Counted from the stretch's first letter, positions 41,733-50,234 are shown. The stretch is DNA of 64,000 nucleotides from an uncultured Clostridia bacterium (GCA_934746715.1 CAKVFI010000001.1:7653-71652); one strand, 5' to 3'. The notes: a model not told the origin generated them from the letters alone. A program made the numbers and translations.

Positions 41733-43325
41733 TTAACTGATTTTTTGATAAAGTGTGTTGCCGATTGTTGCCAAAAGAGTGTAAATTACAACTGCCGCAA
41801 CAGCAACAGGAATTGTAAACAAACAAATGTAAAGAGCCAAACTGAATGTTGCAATTTGGTCAAGTAAGGCAAAGTACAAAATCATTGGGAACAAGCAAAT
41901 TGCCATGTCAACAAACATTGTAATGAGCAAACTTAAACCTTGTTTTGATACTTGAACTTCGTTTGTCCAATTAAGTTTTGGAAAACGCAAATTGATGAGC
42001 AACCCCAATCCAGAACACATAAATAGATAAATAAGGCTAAAAACAATTATCGTTAAACTTAAAACGAAATCTAGTTTAAACAGCAAGCAAAAGCCAATTT
42101 CACCAACAAGCAAACACGGCAAGTTGAGCAATAAATTGAACAAAATTTTGCTGGTGGCAATGTCCTTAAAACGCACTGGCATGCTTTTTAAGTTTAAAAA
42201 CTTTGTGCCTTCCATTGAAATTGAAACAGATGTTGTTGGCGCAATGCCTATGCAAAGCGGAACTGTGAACACTTCCAGTGCAACAAAAATATTGGTTACA
42301 ATTGGATCATTTACAGGCACAGATTTGTAAATGCCATACATCATAAACGAAAGCACAATTGCAAGCAATGCCCCAATGATGCCGTTCATTAGATAAGTTG
42401 GGCTCATCACAAAACCGCGCGCTTCCCTGCCTAAAAGCGCATTTATAACCGATTTTTGATTGTATGTTATCGGCTTTTGTTTGACTGGTTTTTTTGAAGT
42501 GCTCACAAGCAAATTTTTGTTTATACGGTTGTAACCCAACATAACAATAGTGATTGTAACTAAAATATATGCTAAACTGACAGCAACAAAAATCAAAAAT
42601 TGCAAAATTGAACTATCATTCATTGCTATTTGCAAAAAATGAGCAAACGGAAACACTATTTTGAACCACAAAGGTGTTTCAACTGAAAACATTGCGGTCA
42701 TGGTGTCACTGTTTGCAAAATAGATAACAATCGTGATACCAATTGCAAACAACACACTTAAAATGCTACGCATAAGCATTTTGTTTTTCATTTTGGAAGA
42801 TATCGCATTGATTGCCCACGCAAACACACTGCACAACAATTGGCTAAACGCTGGAGCAAACAACAAAGCAAGCAAAGCAAACACAACATTTGCCACTGTT
42901 ATTTTGCAAAAAATGAAGTAAACCACAAATGTTGGAAGCAAAATCATTGAAGAATAAATTGTTGTGATTAAATACGAACTCAACAGCTTGGAAACAACTA
43001 TTTCACTTTGTTTGAGTGGCAGACTTGAAAGCATTTCAAAGTCTTTTGTTTTGTAAAAATAGCCTTGTGTGTCGGTTATTGTAAGCATAACCACCATAAA
43101 AGCACTAAAAACACTGCCCACCAAAAGAATGTTTTTGGCAAAACCAAACGCGTTCATGCTTTTTGCCATAAGGTACATGTTGTAACCCATTGAAAATGCC
43201 ATGAGCAAAAACAACAAACCAATGATGAGTGCGGTGGAACTAAATTTTTTTTTGCCATTTATGTTAAAAGTGCGGCTTAAAGTTTCCTTAATATAGATTT
43301 TTGTGAGATTAATCGTGTTTGTCAT
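41733..43325 (-). CDS. putative ABC exporter permease (large polytopic, ABC_export-like)
   Basis: About 530 aa with more than 10 hydrophobic helices. ATG 43325 (GGAG RBS) overlaps the ATPase gene end by 17 nt. Confidence 0.7.
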   Translation of the reverse strand: MTNTINLTKIYIKETLSRTFNINGKKKFSSTALIIGLLFLLMAFSMGYNMYLMAKSMNAFGFAKNILLVGSVFSAFMVVMLTITDTQGYFYKTKDFEMLSSLPLKQSEIVVSKLLSSYLITTIYSSMILLPTFVVYFIFCKITVANVVFALLALLFAPAFSQLLCSVFAWAINAISSKMKNKMLMRSILSVLFAIGITIVIYFANSDTMTAMFSVETPLWFKIVFPFAHFLQIAMNDSSILQFLIFVAVSLAYILVTITIVMLGYNRINKNLLVSTSKKPVKQKPITYNQKSVINALLGREARGFVMSPTYLMNGIIGALLAIVLSFMMYGIYKSVPVNDPIVTNIFVALEVFTVPLCIGIAPTTSVSISMEGTKFLNLKSMPVRFKDIATSKILFNLLLNLPCLLVGEIGFCLLFKLDFVLSLTIIVFSLIYLFMCSGLGLLINLRFPKLNWTNEVQVSKQGLSLLITMFVDMAICLFPMILYFALLDQIATFSLALYICLFTIPVAVAAVVIYTLLATIGNTLYQKIS

Positions 43326-44025
43326 TTTCCAACTCCAAAAACACATTTTCAAGGCTTTGCATGCCCTTAACTTCTTCCATTTTGCCAAAAACAATCAATT
43401 TGCCTTGTTTGATGATTGCAACTTGATTGCAAATTTTTTCTGCAACATCAAGCACGTGTGTGGAATAGAATATCGTTGCACCATTTTGTGCCATTTCCTG
43501 CATTATCAACTTCATTTCGTGGCTGCTGATTGGATCAAGCCCAACAAAAGGTTCATCTAAAAGCAAAAGGCGTGGGCTGTGAATTAGTGCTGAAACAAGT
43601 GCCAATTTTTGTTTCATTCCATGACTATAAGATGAAATTTGACTTTGAAGTGCATCAAAAATGCCAATTCGCTTTGCGTATTGCTCTATCTTTTGCTTGC
43701 GTTCGTTTTCGCTCATTTTAAAAATGTTGGCAATAAAATTGAGATATTCAATGCCGGTTAAATATTCATACAAGTCTGGATTATCTGGCAAATATGCCAA
43801 AATGCGTTTTGCTTCCATTGGGTTTTTCTTAACGTCAATGCCATCAATTTTAATTTCTCCTTGCTCAAAATTCAAGATTCCCGCAATCGCCTTTAATGTG
43901 GTTGTTTTGCCAGCCCCATTATGCCCAATAAAAGCACATATTTGCCCATTTTGCACGGTCAAACTTAAATCGTCAACAGCCACCTTTTCGCCATATTTTT
44001 TGGTTAAATTTTTGATTTCCAACAT
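43309..44025 (-). CDS. ABC transporter ATP-binding protein
   Basis: Walker A 'GHNGAGKTT', signature 'YSHGMKQKL', Walker B 'LLLDEPFVGLD'. Confidence 0.95.
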   Translation of the reverse strand: MLEIKNLTKKYGEKVAVDDLSLTVQNGQICAFIGHNGAGKTTTLKAIAGILNFEQGEIKIDGIDVKKNPMEAKRILAYLPDNPDLYEYLTGIEYLNFIANIFKMSENERKQKIEQYAKRIGIFDALQSQISSYSHGMKQKLALVSALIHSPRLLLLDEPFVGLDPISSHEMKLIMQEMAQNGATIFYSTHVLDVAEKICNQVAIIKQGKLIVFGKMEEVKGMQSLENVFLELENDKHD

Positions 44026-44247
44026 TTATTCCTCCTTGTTTGCTTTAAAAATTGCTTCGGCAAACTTTAAATAATCATCATATTTTGCAATGGCAATGCC
44101 TTTTGACTTATCGCCAAGCAACAAAAGCGTGTCGCCTTCCTTAATATTAAATTCTTCGCGTGCCTGTTTTGGAATAACAATCTGTCCCTTTTCACTCACT
44201 TTTACAGTCCACAAAAACTTGTCTTGCTCTTTCTTTTTTGCTGTCAT
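44026..44247 (-). CDS. AbrB/MazE/SpoVT family DNA-binding protein
   Basis: 'VKVSEKGQIVIPKQAREEFNIKEGDTLLLL' swapped-hairpin motif. Its stop abuts the ABC ATPase start. Confidence 0.85.
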   Translation of the reverse strand: MTAKKKEQDKFLWTVKVSEKGQIVIPKQAREEFNIKEGDTLLLLGDKSKGIAIAKYDDYLKFAEAIFKANKEE

Positions 44248-44420
44248 ACATTCTCCTTACATTTTACACTTCCACTCTACCGCAATATTCCACTTCAAGT
44301 CAAGAAAACCAGCCAAAAAGTAAATTTTTTCTTACTTTTCTAACAATTTTGCAAAATTATTTAGTTAAATTGATATAAATTAATAAAAATTATAAATTTT
44401 AAAAACTTTAACAAAAAGTG

Positions 44421-44449
44421 TTGCATTTTTTTATTTTTTCATATATACT
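44421..44449 (+). promoter_or_regulatory. promoter for the tRNA-Cys/tRNA-Leu pair
   Basis: TTGCAT (44421-44426), 17-nt spacer, TATACT (44444-44449), about 22 nt before tRNA-Cys. Confidence 0.55.
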
Positions 44450-44471
44450 AATAGAGTTTTAAGCACAATAT

Positions 44472-44546
44472 GGCACCATCGCCAAGTGGTAAGGCAAAGG
44501 TCTGCAAAACCTTCACTCACCAGTTCAAATCTGGTTGGTGCCTCCA
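44472..44546 (+). tRNA. tRNA-Cys (GCA)
   Basis: Hand-folded cloverleaf. Acceptor GGCACCA/TGGTGCC, anticodon stem AAGGT/ACCTT with loop CTGCAAA, T-arm ACCAG-TTCAAAT-CTGGT, discriminator T, encoded CCA. Confidence 0.9.
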
Positions 44547-44552
44547 AAATAT

Positions 44553-44638
44553 CCCGAAGTGGCGAAATGGCAGACGCACAAGACTCAAAATCTTGCGATA
44601 GCAATATCATGTCGGTTCGACCCCGACCTTCGGGACCA
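44553..44638 (+). tRNA. tRNA-Leu (CAA), long variable arm
   Basis: Acceptor CCCGAAG/CTTCGGG, anticodon stem CAAGA/TCTTG with loop CTCAAAA, a long variable arm, T-arm GTCGG-TTCGACC-CCGAC, discriminator A, encoded CCA. Confidence 0.9.
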
Positions 44639-44700
44639 CTCGAAAACACAAGTTTATGCAACTTGTGCTTTTTTAATCTAAATAAATTTAACATTACATA

Positions 44701-44731
44701 AAAAAAATCTCTCGTGATGAGAGATTTTTTT
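44701..44731. terminator. bidirectional terminator (tRNAs on +, lipoprotein gene on -)
   Basis: AAAAAAATCTCTC-gtgat-GAGAGATTTTTTT. Confidence 0.8.
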
Positions 44732-44749
44732 AACTAAACTTTAAATAAA

Positions 44750-45709
44750 TTAAAACTTAATTTCTTCACTATATTGATTGGAATAAGTAAATGTGTATCC
44801 TGTTGTTGTTTTTTGTGCAACAAATGTGTCTGTTGTGTTGTTAACAGTATAACTAACATTGAATGCATCTTTTGCATTTCCTTTTGTTATTTTATACAAT
44901 GTTTCTTCCAACTTGCCACTTGTTAAATTTTTTAATTTAAATTCAAGTTCAATTTTGTCATTTTCGAACTCGATTTCTGTTTCCAAATCCAAAACTTTTG
45001 TTCCGTTATTGAAAACTTGATATTCATATTCAAGTTCTGTTTCTCCATTTTCTTCTTCAACAGATTGTTCAATCACAACATAGTTTTGGCTGTTTGTTCT
45101 GCTTTTTGTTGTAAACTCAATTGAAGATTCCTTTTCATTGCCTTCTTGTTCAAATTCACGTTTACCGGTCATATCAAAACGATTTTCTCCAACCGCCATA
45201 ACTCCTTCAAGTGTGGTTGATACTTCAACTTCTTCTTTTTCGTCCTCAATTTTACGATTGGTTTTAGTTTCAACTTCATTATAGTACATTTTAAAACTTT
45301 CATTCAACCCTGGCAAATTGATAGTCATAACAAAAGTATATGTTGCAAATTCATCGGTAGGATTATTATTTTTTGCTGTTGTTTGGCTTACTTTGCCACT
45401 TTCAATGGCTGAATCAAAAAGTTCCAAGCAATCTTTAATGCTCTCCACATCAGAATTAGACAAAGCCGATGGTCTTTCTGTTGCCGATGCTAACGAATTA
45501 GCATATTTAATATTTGTAGTTTTAGTGCCTACACTATCTTGCTCTAAATTCATCAAATAATTTACACTTGAAACTGCTGACACAGCGTAAACTTCTTTAG
45601 CATTAATATCAAACTTTTTATCCTTTTTTTTGCAACCAGCAAAACAAAGTGCCAATGGTGCAACAAGCGCACCAACTGCCAATACCGACAATAATTTTTT
45701 ACCTTTCAT
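44750..45709 (-). CDS. lipoprotein (hypothetical), E/T/N-rich
   Basis: Signal peptide with lipobox: 'MKGKKLLSVLAVGALVAPLALCFAGC'. ATG 45709 behind GGAGGGGAAT; the ORF track runs to 45721. Confidence 0.8.
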   Translation of the reverse strand: MKGKKLLSVLAVGALVAPLALCFAGCKKKDKKFDINAKEVYAVSAVSSVNYLMNLEQDSVGTKTTNIKYANSLASATERPSALSNSDVESIKDCLELFDSAIESGKVSQTTAKNNNPTDEFATYTFVMTINLPGLNESFKMYYNEVETKTNRKIEDEKEEVEVSTTLEGVMAVGENRFDMTGKREFEQEGNEKESSIEFTTKSRTNSQNYVVIEQSVEEENGETELEYEYQVFNNGTKVLDLETEIEFENDKIELEFKLKNLTSGKLEETLYKITKGNAKDAFNVSYTVNNTTDTFVAQKTTTGYTFTYSNQYSEEIKF

Positions 45710-45726
45710 ATTCCCCTCCATTTTTT

Positions 45727-45789
45727 TATATTGTTTATAACTGTAAACAATATATTATCATATTAACCTAACGATTGTTGTCTTGTCAA
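45727..45789 (-). promoter_or_regulatory. lipoprotein gene promoter with an 11-bp perfect inverted repeat at the TSS/5' leader
   Basis: Minus strand: TTGACA (45789..45784), 18-nt spacer, TAATAT (45765..45760). Inverted repeat TATATTGTTTA-6 nt-TAAACAATATA at 45727-45754. Confidence 0.5.
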
Positions 45790-45837
45790 TTAAAATAGCT
45801 TTTTTATAAATTTAATATAATTTTATTGAATATAATT

Positions 45838-45866
45838 AAAAAAATCTCTCAAAACGAGAGATTTTT
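45838..45866. terminator. terminator hairpin, second copy of the 44701 stem
   Basis: AAAAAAATCTCTC-aaaac-GAGAGATTTTT. The stem and flanks are identical to the hairpin at 44701-44731; only the loop differs. Confidence 0.7.
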
Positions 45867-46149
45867 GTTTTTTATTGATTAATTAAACTTCTATTAAATT
45901 TTGAGGTTGGCTGGTGCTGCAGCGCATCAAAATTTATTTACATGATTTTTAATTAATTTCTTGGAAATTTAATGTTTGCTTGAGCGGCGGCGCGTCAAAA
46001 CTCTCGCTTTTGCGGGTTTGCTTAACGCAAACACTCGCTTTTTGCTCGGTTTTTCCTTTTCCCTTCAAAGGCTTTGCTGCCTTTGTGGGAACCCTATTGC
46101 GTTTAGCCTTGCTAAATTTACCCCTGTTTATTTAAGTTTTGTTTTAATA
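45867..46149 (-). other. unassigned GC-rich structured non-coding segment (candidate ncRNA or long ppdK 3' UTR)
   Basis: I count 68 G+C in the 140 nt at 45971-46110 (~49%). Hairpins at 46016-46032 (GTTTGC/GCAAAC) and 46066-46085 (CAAAGGC/GCCTTTG). No credible ORF. A terminator follows at 45866-45838 on the minus strand. Confidence 0.4.
45906..46001. repeat. two imperfect 28-nt direct repeats (21/28 identical), starts 68 nt apart
   Basis: On the minus strand: GTTTTGACGCGCCGCCGCTCAAGCAAAC (46001..45974) and ATTTTGATGCGCTGCAGCACCAGCCAAC (45933..45906). Also CTCGCTTTTGC (46003-46013) and CTCGCTTTTTGC (46034-46045). Confidence 0.6.
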
Positions 46150-48792
46150 CTAGTTGCGTGGGAATTTTATATTTGCTTGTGCTGCGGCTAAACGAGCGAT
46201 TGGAACGCGATATGGAGAGCAACTTACATAATCAAGGCCAATTTTGTGGCAGAATTCAATACTTGAAGGGTCACCACCATGTTCGCCACAAATACCAGTG
46301 TGAAGTTTTGGATTGGTTGATTTGCCAAGTTGAATTGAAAGTTCCATAAGTTTGCCAACGCCGTTTGTATCAAGACGCGCAAATGGGTCACTTTCATAAA
46401 TTTTGTTTGCGTAGTATGATGGCAAGAATTTGCCAGCATCGTCACGGCTGAAACCAAATGTCATTTGAGTCAAATCGTTTGTGCCAAAGCAGAAGAAGTC
46501 AGCGTCTTTTGCAATTTCGTCAGCGGTTAAAGCAGCACGTGGAATTTCAATCATTGTGCCAACTTCATATTTAAGATTTGATTTTGCTTCTGCAATAACC
46601 TTGTCTGCAGTGTCAACAACAACTCGTTTAACAAATTGAAGTTCCTTGATGTCACCAACAAGTGGAATCATAATTTCTGGAACAACTTTCCAATCTGGAT
46701 GACGATTTTGAACAGCGATTGCTGCTTTGATAACTGCTTTTGTTTGCATAATGGCAATTTCTGGGTAAGTAACTGCCAAACGGCAACCACGATGCCCCAT
46801 CATTGGGTTAAATTCATGCAAATCTGCAATAAGTTGTTTGATTTGAGCAACTGTTTTGCCTTGTGTTTTTGCAAGGGCTTCAATGTCTTCTTCGCTTGTT
46901 GGAACAAATTCGTGAAGAGGTGGATCCAAGAAACGGATTGTAACAGGTTGTCCTTTAAGTGCTTCCATCAAGCCTTCAAAGTCTGCTTGTTGCATAGGTT
47001 CAATTTTTGAAAGTGCATGTTCACGTTCTTCAACAGTGTCGGCACAAATCATTTCACGGAATGCACCAATACGAGCAGGGTCAAAGAACATATGTTCTGT
47101 ACGGCACAAACCAATGCCTTGAGCTCCAAGTTCTGCAGCGCGTTGAGCGTCTTTTGGAGTGTCCGCATTTGTTTTTACGCCAAGCGCTTTATATTTGTCT
47201 GCCAAACGCATAATACGACCGAAATAACCACTGTTAGGGTCTGCTGGAACTGTTTTGATAATGCAATCATAAATTTTGCCAGTTGTACCGTCAAGTGACA
47301 AACCATCGCCTTCGTGATAAACTTTGCCAGCAAGTGAAAAGCATTTATTTTCTTCATCCATTTTGATGTCGCCACAACCTGAAACGCAGCAAGTGCCCAT
47401 ACCACGAGCAACAACTGCAGCGTGAGAAGTTTGACCGCCACGAACTGTTAAGATACCTTGGCTATATTTCATACCTTCAATATCTTCTGGGCTGGTTTCA
47501 AGACGAACAAGCACAACTTTTTTGCCTGCTTTGCCCTCTTTTACAGCGTCTTCTGCTGTGAACACGATTGTGCCAGCAGCAGCGCCTGGACTTGCAGCAA
47601 TACCTTTGCCAACAACATTGTATTTATCGGCATTTTTAAGGGCTTCCGCATCAAATTGTGGGTGCAAAAGCATGTCAAGAGATTTAGCATCAATTTGCAT
47701 CAATGCTTCTTTTTCGCTAATCATACCTTCATCAATCAAATCACAAGCAATTTTGATTGCAGCGGCAGCAGTACGTTTGCCGTTACGAGTTTGAAGCATA
47801 TAAAGTTTTTTGTCTTCAATTGTAAATTCCATATCTTGCATATCACGATAGTGATGTTCAAGAGTGTCGCAAATTTGTTTAAATTGTTCATAACATTCCG
47901 GCAAAATTTCTGCCATTTTGCTGATAGGCATTGGAGTGCGCACGCCGGCAACAACGTCTTCGCCTTGTGCGTTCATCAAAAATTCGCCCATCAAGCCCTT
48001 TTCGCCTGTGGCTGGGTTGCGTGTGAAAGCAACACCTGTGCCAGATGTTTCGCCCATATTGCCGAAAGCCATCATTTGAACGTTAACTGCTGTGCCCCAA
48101 CTATATGGAATGTCGTGGTCCATACGATAGATGTTTGCACGAGGGTTATCCCAACTGCGGAATACTGCTTTGATTGCTTCAAAGAGTTGCTCTTTAGGGT
48201 CAACTGGGAAGTCTTTGCCCAATTGCTTTTTGTATTCTGCCTTAAATTCGTTTGCAAGCTCTTTTAAATCATTTGCGTCCATGTCAAGGTCAGATGTGTA
48301 ACCTTTGCGTTCCTTAAGTTGGTCGATAAGTTTTTCAAAATACTTTTTGCCAACTTCCATAACAACATCACTAAACATTTGAATAAATCTGCGGTAGCAG
48401 TCATATGCCCAACGTGGGTTGCCACTTTTGCGAGATAAAGTTTCAACAACCTCATCGTTCAAACCAAGGTTCAAAATTGTGTCCATCATGCCCGGCATTG
48501 ATGCCCTAGCACCAGAACGAACTGAAACCAACAATGGGTTTTCTTTATCACCAAATTTTTTGCCAGTGATTTTTTCCATTTTGGCAATGTATTCCATAAT
48601 TTCTGCTTGAATACCAGCATTGATTTGCTTGCCGTCTTCATAGTATTGTGTGCAGGCTTCGGTTGAAATTGTAAAACCTTGTGGCACTGGCAAACCAATT
48701 TTTGTCATTTCAGCAAGGTTAGCGCCTTTACCGCCAAGCAATTCACGCATTGAGGCGTCGCCTTCGCTGAATAAGTAAACATACTTTTTCAT
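46150..48792 (-). CDS. ppdK: pyruvate, phosphate dikinase
   Basis: 880 aa. 'GGKGANLAEM', phosphohistidine 'GGQTSHAAVVARG', and C-terminal 'CSPYRVPIARLAAAQA'. Confidence 0.97.
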   Translation of the reverse strand: MKKYVYLFSEGDASMRELLGGKGANLAEMTKIGLPVPQGFTISTEACTQYYEDGKQINAGIQAEIMEYIAKMEKITGKKFGDKENPLLVSVRSGARASMPGMMDTILNLGLNDEVVETLSRKSGNPRWAYDCYRRFIQMFSDVVMEVGKKYFEKLIDQLKERKGYTSDLDMDANDLKELANEFKAEYKKQLGKDFPVDPKEQLFEAIKAVFRSWDNPRANIYRMDHDIPYSWGTAVNVQMMAFGNMGETSGTGVAFTRNPATGEKGLMGEFLMNAQGEDVVAGVRTPMPISKMAEILPECYEQFKQICDTLEHHYRDMQDMEFTIEDKKLYMLQTRNGKRTAAAAIKIACDLIDEGMISEKEALMQIDAKSLDMLLHPQFDAEALKNADKYNVVGKGIAASPGAAAGTIVFTAEDAVKEGKAGKKVVLVRLETSPEDIEGMKYSQGILTVRGGQTSHAAVVARGMGTCCVSGCGDIKMDEENKCFSLAGKVYHEGDGLSLDGTTGKIYDCIIKTVPADPNSGYFGRIMRLADKYKALGVKTNADTPKDAQRAAELGAQGIGLCRTEHMFFDPARIGAFREMICADTVEEREHALSKIEPMQQADFEGLMEALKGQPVTIRFLDPPLHEFVPTSEEDIEALAKTQGKTVAQIKQLIADLHEFNPMMGHRGCRLAVTYPEIAIMQTKAVIKAAIAVQNRHPDWKVVPEIMIPLVGDIKELQFVKRVVVDTADKVIAEAKSNLKYEVGTMIEIPRAALTADEIAKDADFFCFGTNDLTQMTFGFSRDDAGKFLPSYYANKIYESDPFARLDTNGVGKLMELSIQLGKSTNPKLHTGICGEHGGDPSSIEFCHKIGLDYVSCSPYRVPIARLAAAQANIKFPRN

Positions 48793-48906
48793 AAAACTCC
48801 TTTTAAATTTTTACTTAAATATAATACAAAATGGCAAAAAAAAAGGCAACTAATTTGATTGTGTTTGTCAAATCAATTGCTTTTTAAATTGAATTTTTTG
48901 TTTGGT

Positions 48907-50121
48907 TTATTGATTAATTTCAAGTTCATCTTCTGAAACAGAATCAATTGTGTCTTGATACTCTGTGCCATCGCTAACTTCTTCTCCTGCAATCACTTGA
49001 GGAAATTCATCTTTAGCATCTGTGATTGTTGTTTCATTTTCTTCAATTGGTTGTTCCTCATCAAAATTTGGCAATTCCAAATCTTGTTTTGCGCTTGAAA
49101 TTGAATCATAACAATCTTGGCGAAGTTGTTCTGTGCGATATTGTTTTTGTTTTTTCTTAACATCGTATTGGTAAAGAGCAACACGTGCGTCTGCCAACTT
49201 TTTCATTTCTTGGTTAAATTCAGCAAGCAATTTGTTTTTTGCTGCTTGTGATTTAACGCCTTCAACCTTTTTGCTGTAATATTTTTTGATGTGATTCATG
49301 GCAAAAGTGTAATCGTCATCTGTTTCACCAACAGAAGCCATCAATTCACATGGAACGATAGTTTTGTCTTGAGTGTCAACATAACCAAATTTTTGGTCTA
49401 ACATAACACTGGCAATTCCGTCGTTGATTGATGTAACATAATCATAGCGGCAAGCAATAATTTTTTCACCAAAACGATTGATAACACCTTGTTTTCCGTT
49501 TTGTTTTACAACTGCCATGCCATTGTTAAATGGATAAGCCATTGAATATTTAAAAGGAATAACTTCCTTGCCAGTTGTGTCTATGTAACCCCATTTTGAG
49601 CCTTTTAAAACTGGAACAAGACCTTCTTGAATACTGCCAATACTTTCGTATGCAATTTGACCTTGAATTTTGCCTGTTTGGTCAACCAAGCCCCATTTAT
49701 CACGCAAAGCAATTTTTGCAATGCCATTTTCAAATTTTGAAACAAAATCATATTTTACTGGAATAACTTCTTCAAAATTAAGGTCAACACACCCAAACAT
49801 TTCATTTTTGATTACTATTGCCAAATGATTTGCTTGGAACGGTTCAACCATATCATACTTACATTCAACAAGTGGTTTGTTGTCAACATCAACATAACCT
49901 GCTTTGCCATCTTTTGTTACTGCAACTGCACCATCACTGTAACTTGTGATTTTTTTGTCTTGCAATTGCATAATTAATTTGCGAGTTGTACCATCAAGCA
50001 ACCCAAATTGACCATCTTTCATAACAATGTAAACATTGTCAGTTTCCGATAAAAATTCCAATGTGAAATAATTTTCGGGATACTTTTTTCTTTTTAAAAT
50101 CATTTTACTAATTAAACCCAT
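48907..50121 (-). CDS. WG-repeat (KWG) containing protein with coiled-coil and acidic tail
   Basis: At least 7 repeats of the type 'K.GKWGYIDTTGKEVIPFKY'. ATG 50121 behind AAGGAG; the ORF track runs to 50172. Confidence 0.8.
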   Translation of the reverse strand: MGLISKMILKRKKYPENYFTLEFLSETDNVYIVMKDGQFGLLDGTTRKLIMQLQDKKITSYSDGAVAVTKDGKAGYVDVDNKPLVECKYDMVEPFQANHLAIVIKNEMFGCVDLNFEEVIPVKYDFVSKFENGIAKIALRDKWGLVDQTGKIQGQIAYESIGSIQEGLVPVLKGSKWGYIDTTGKEVIPFKYSMAYPFNNGMAVVKQNGKQGVINRFGEKIIACRYDYVTSINDGIASVMLDQKFGYVDTQDKTIVPCELMASVGETDDDYTFAMNHIKKYYSKKVEGVKSQAAKNKLLAEFNQEMKKLADARVALYQYDVKKKQKQYRTEQLRQDCYDSISSAKQDLELPNFDEEQPIEENETTITDAKDEFPQVIAGEEVSDGTEYQDTIDSVSEDELEINQ

Positions 50122-50234
50122 AAAAAACTCCTTATCTGCTGTAATAATATATGAAAAAGTTAAGTTTGTCAATAAACAAATATTAGTTTTTTTTATATTT
50201 TTTTAAAAAAAATTTGAAATTAGATAATTATCAC

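Noticed and set aside
44431-44701. ORFs 44431..44694 (-) and 44486..44701 (+)
   Set aside because: Both span the two tRNA genes. The sequence folds into canonical Cys and Leu cloverleaves, so these are not protein-coding.
44640-45900. Integrative mobile element at tRNA-Leu
   Set aside because: There is no integrase, recombinase or transposase. The flanking repeats do not include the tRNA 3' end, and their loops differ. I report it only as a hairpin-bracketed cassette.
45906-46001. CRISPR-like reading of the GTTTTGA...CAAAC repeats downstream of ppdK
   Set aside because: There are only two copies, only 21/28 identical. A weak third GTTTTGAGAGAT is just the terminator arm. Spacing is irregular (68 and 78 nt). 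No cas genes or leader are present. I kept it as an unexplained repeat or ncRNA candidate instead.
45949-46131. 60-codon stop-free minus-strand frame encoding a very basic peptide (..RGKFSKAKRNRVPTKAAKPLKGKGKTEQK..)
   Set aside because: There is no ATG or GTG in frame. The only TTG (codon 22) lacks a convincing RBS. The frame is not contiguous with ppdK, since TAG and then TAA intervene. It could be a decayed gene remnant, but it cannot be supported as a CDS.
45976-46191. 71-aa plus-strand ORF (MLERRRVKTLAFAG...) in the GC-rich spacer
   Set aside because: It has a TTG start with no RBS. It runs antisense into the ppdK 3' end. It is Cys/Leu/Phe-rich with junk-like composition. It is most likely a by-product of the locally higher GC content.
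47458-48267. 269-aa ORF antisense to ppdK, plus similar long antisense ORFs such as 57987-58538 in parC, 17544-18029 in ligA and 28484-28945 in priA
   Set aside because: They lie entirely inside highly conserved genes on the opposite strand. They are F/C/H/N-rich and lack an RBS. These are the typical shadow ORFs produced by codon bias.
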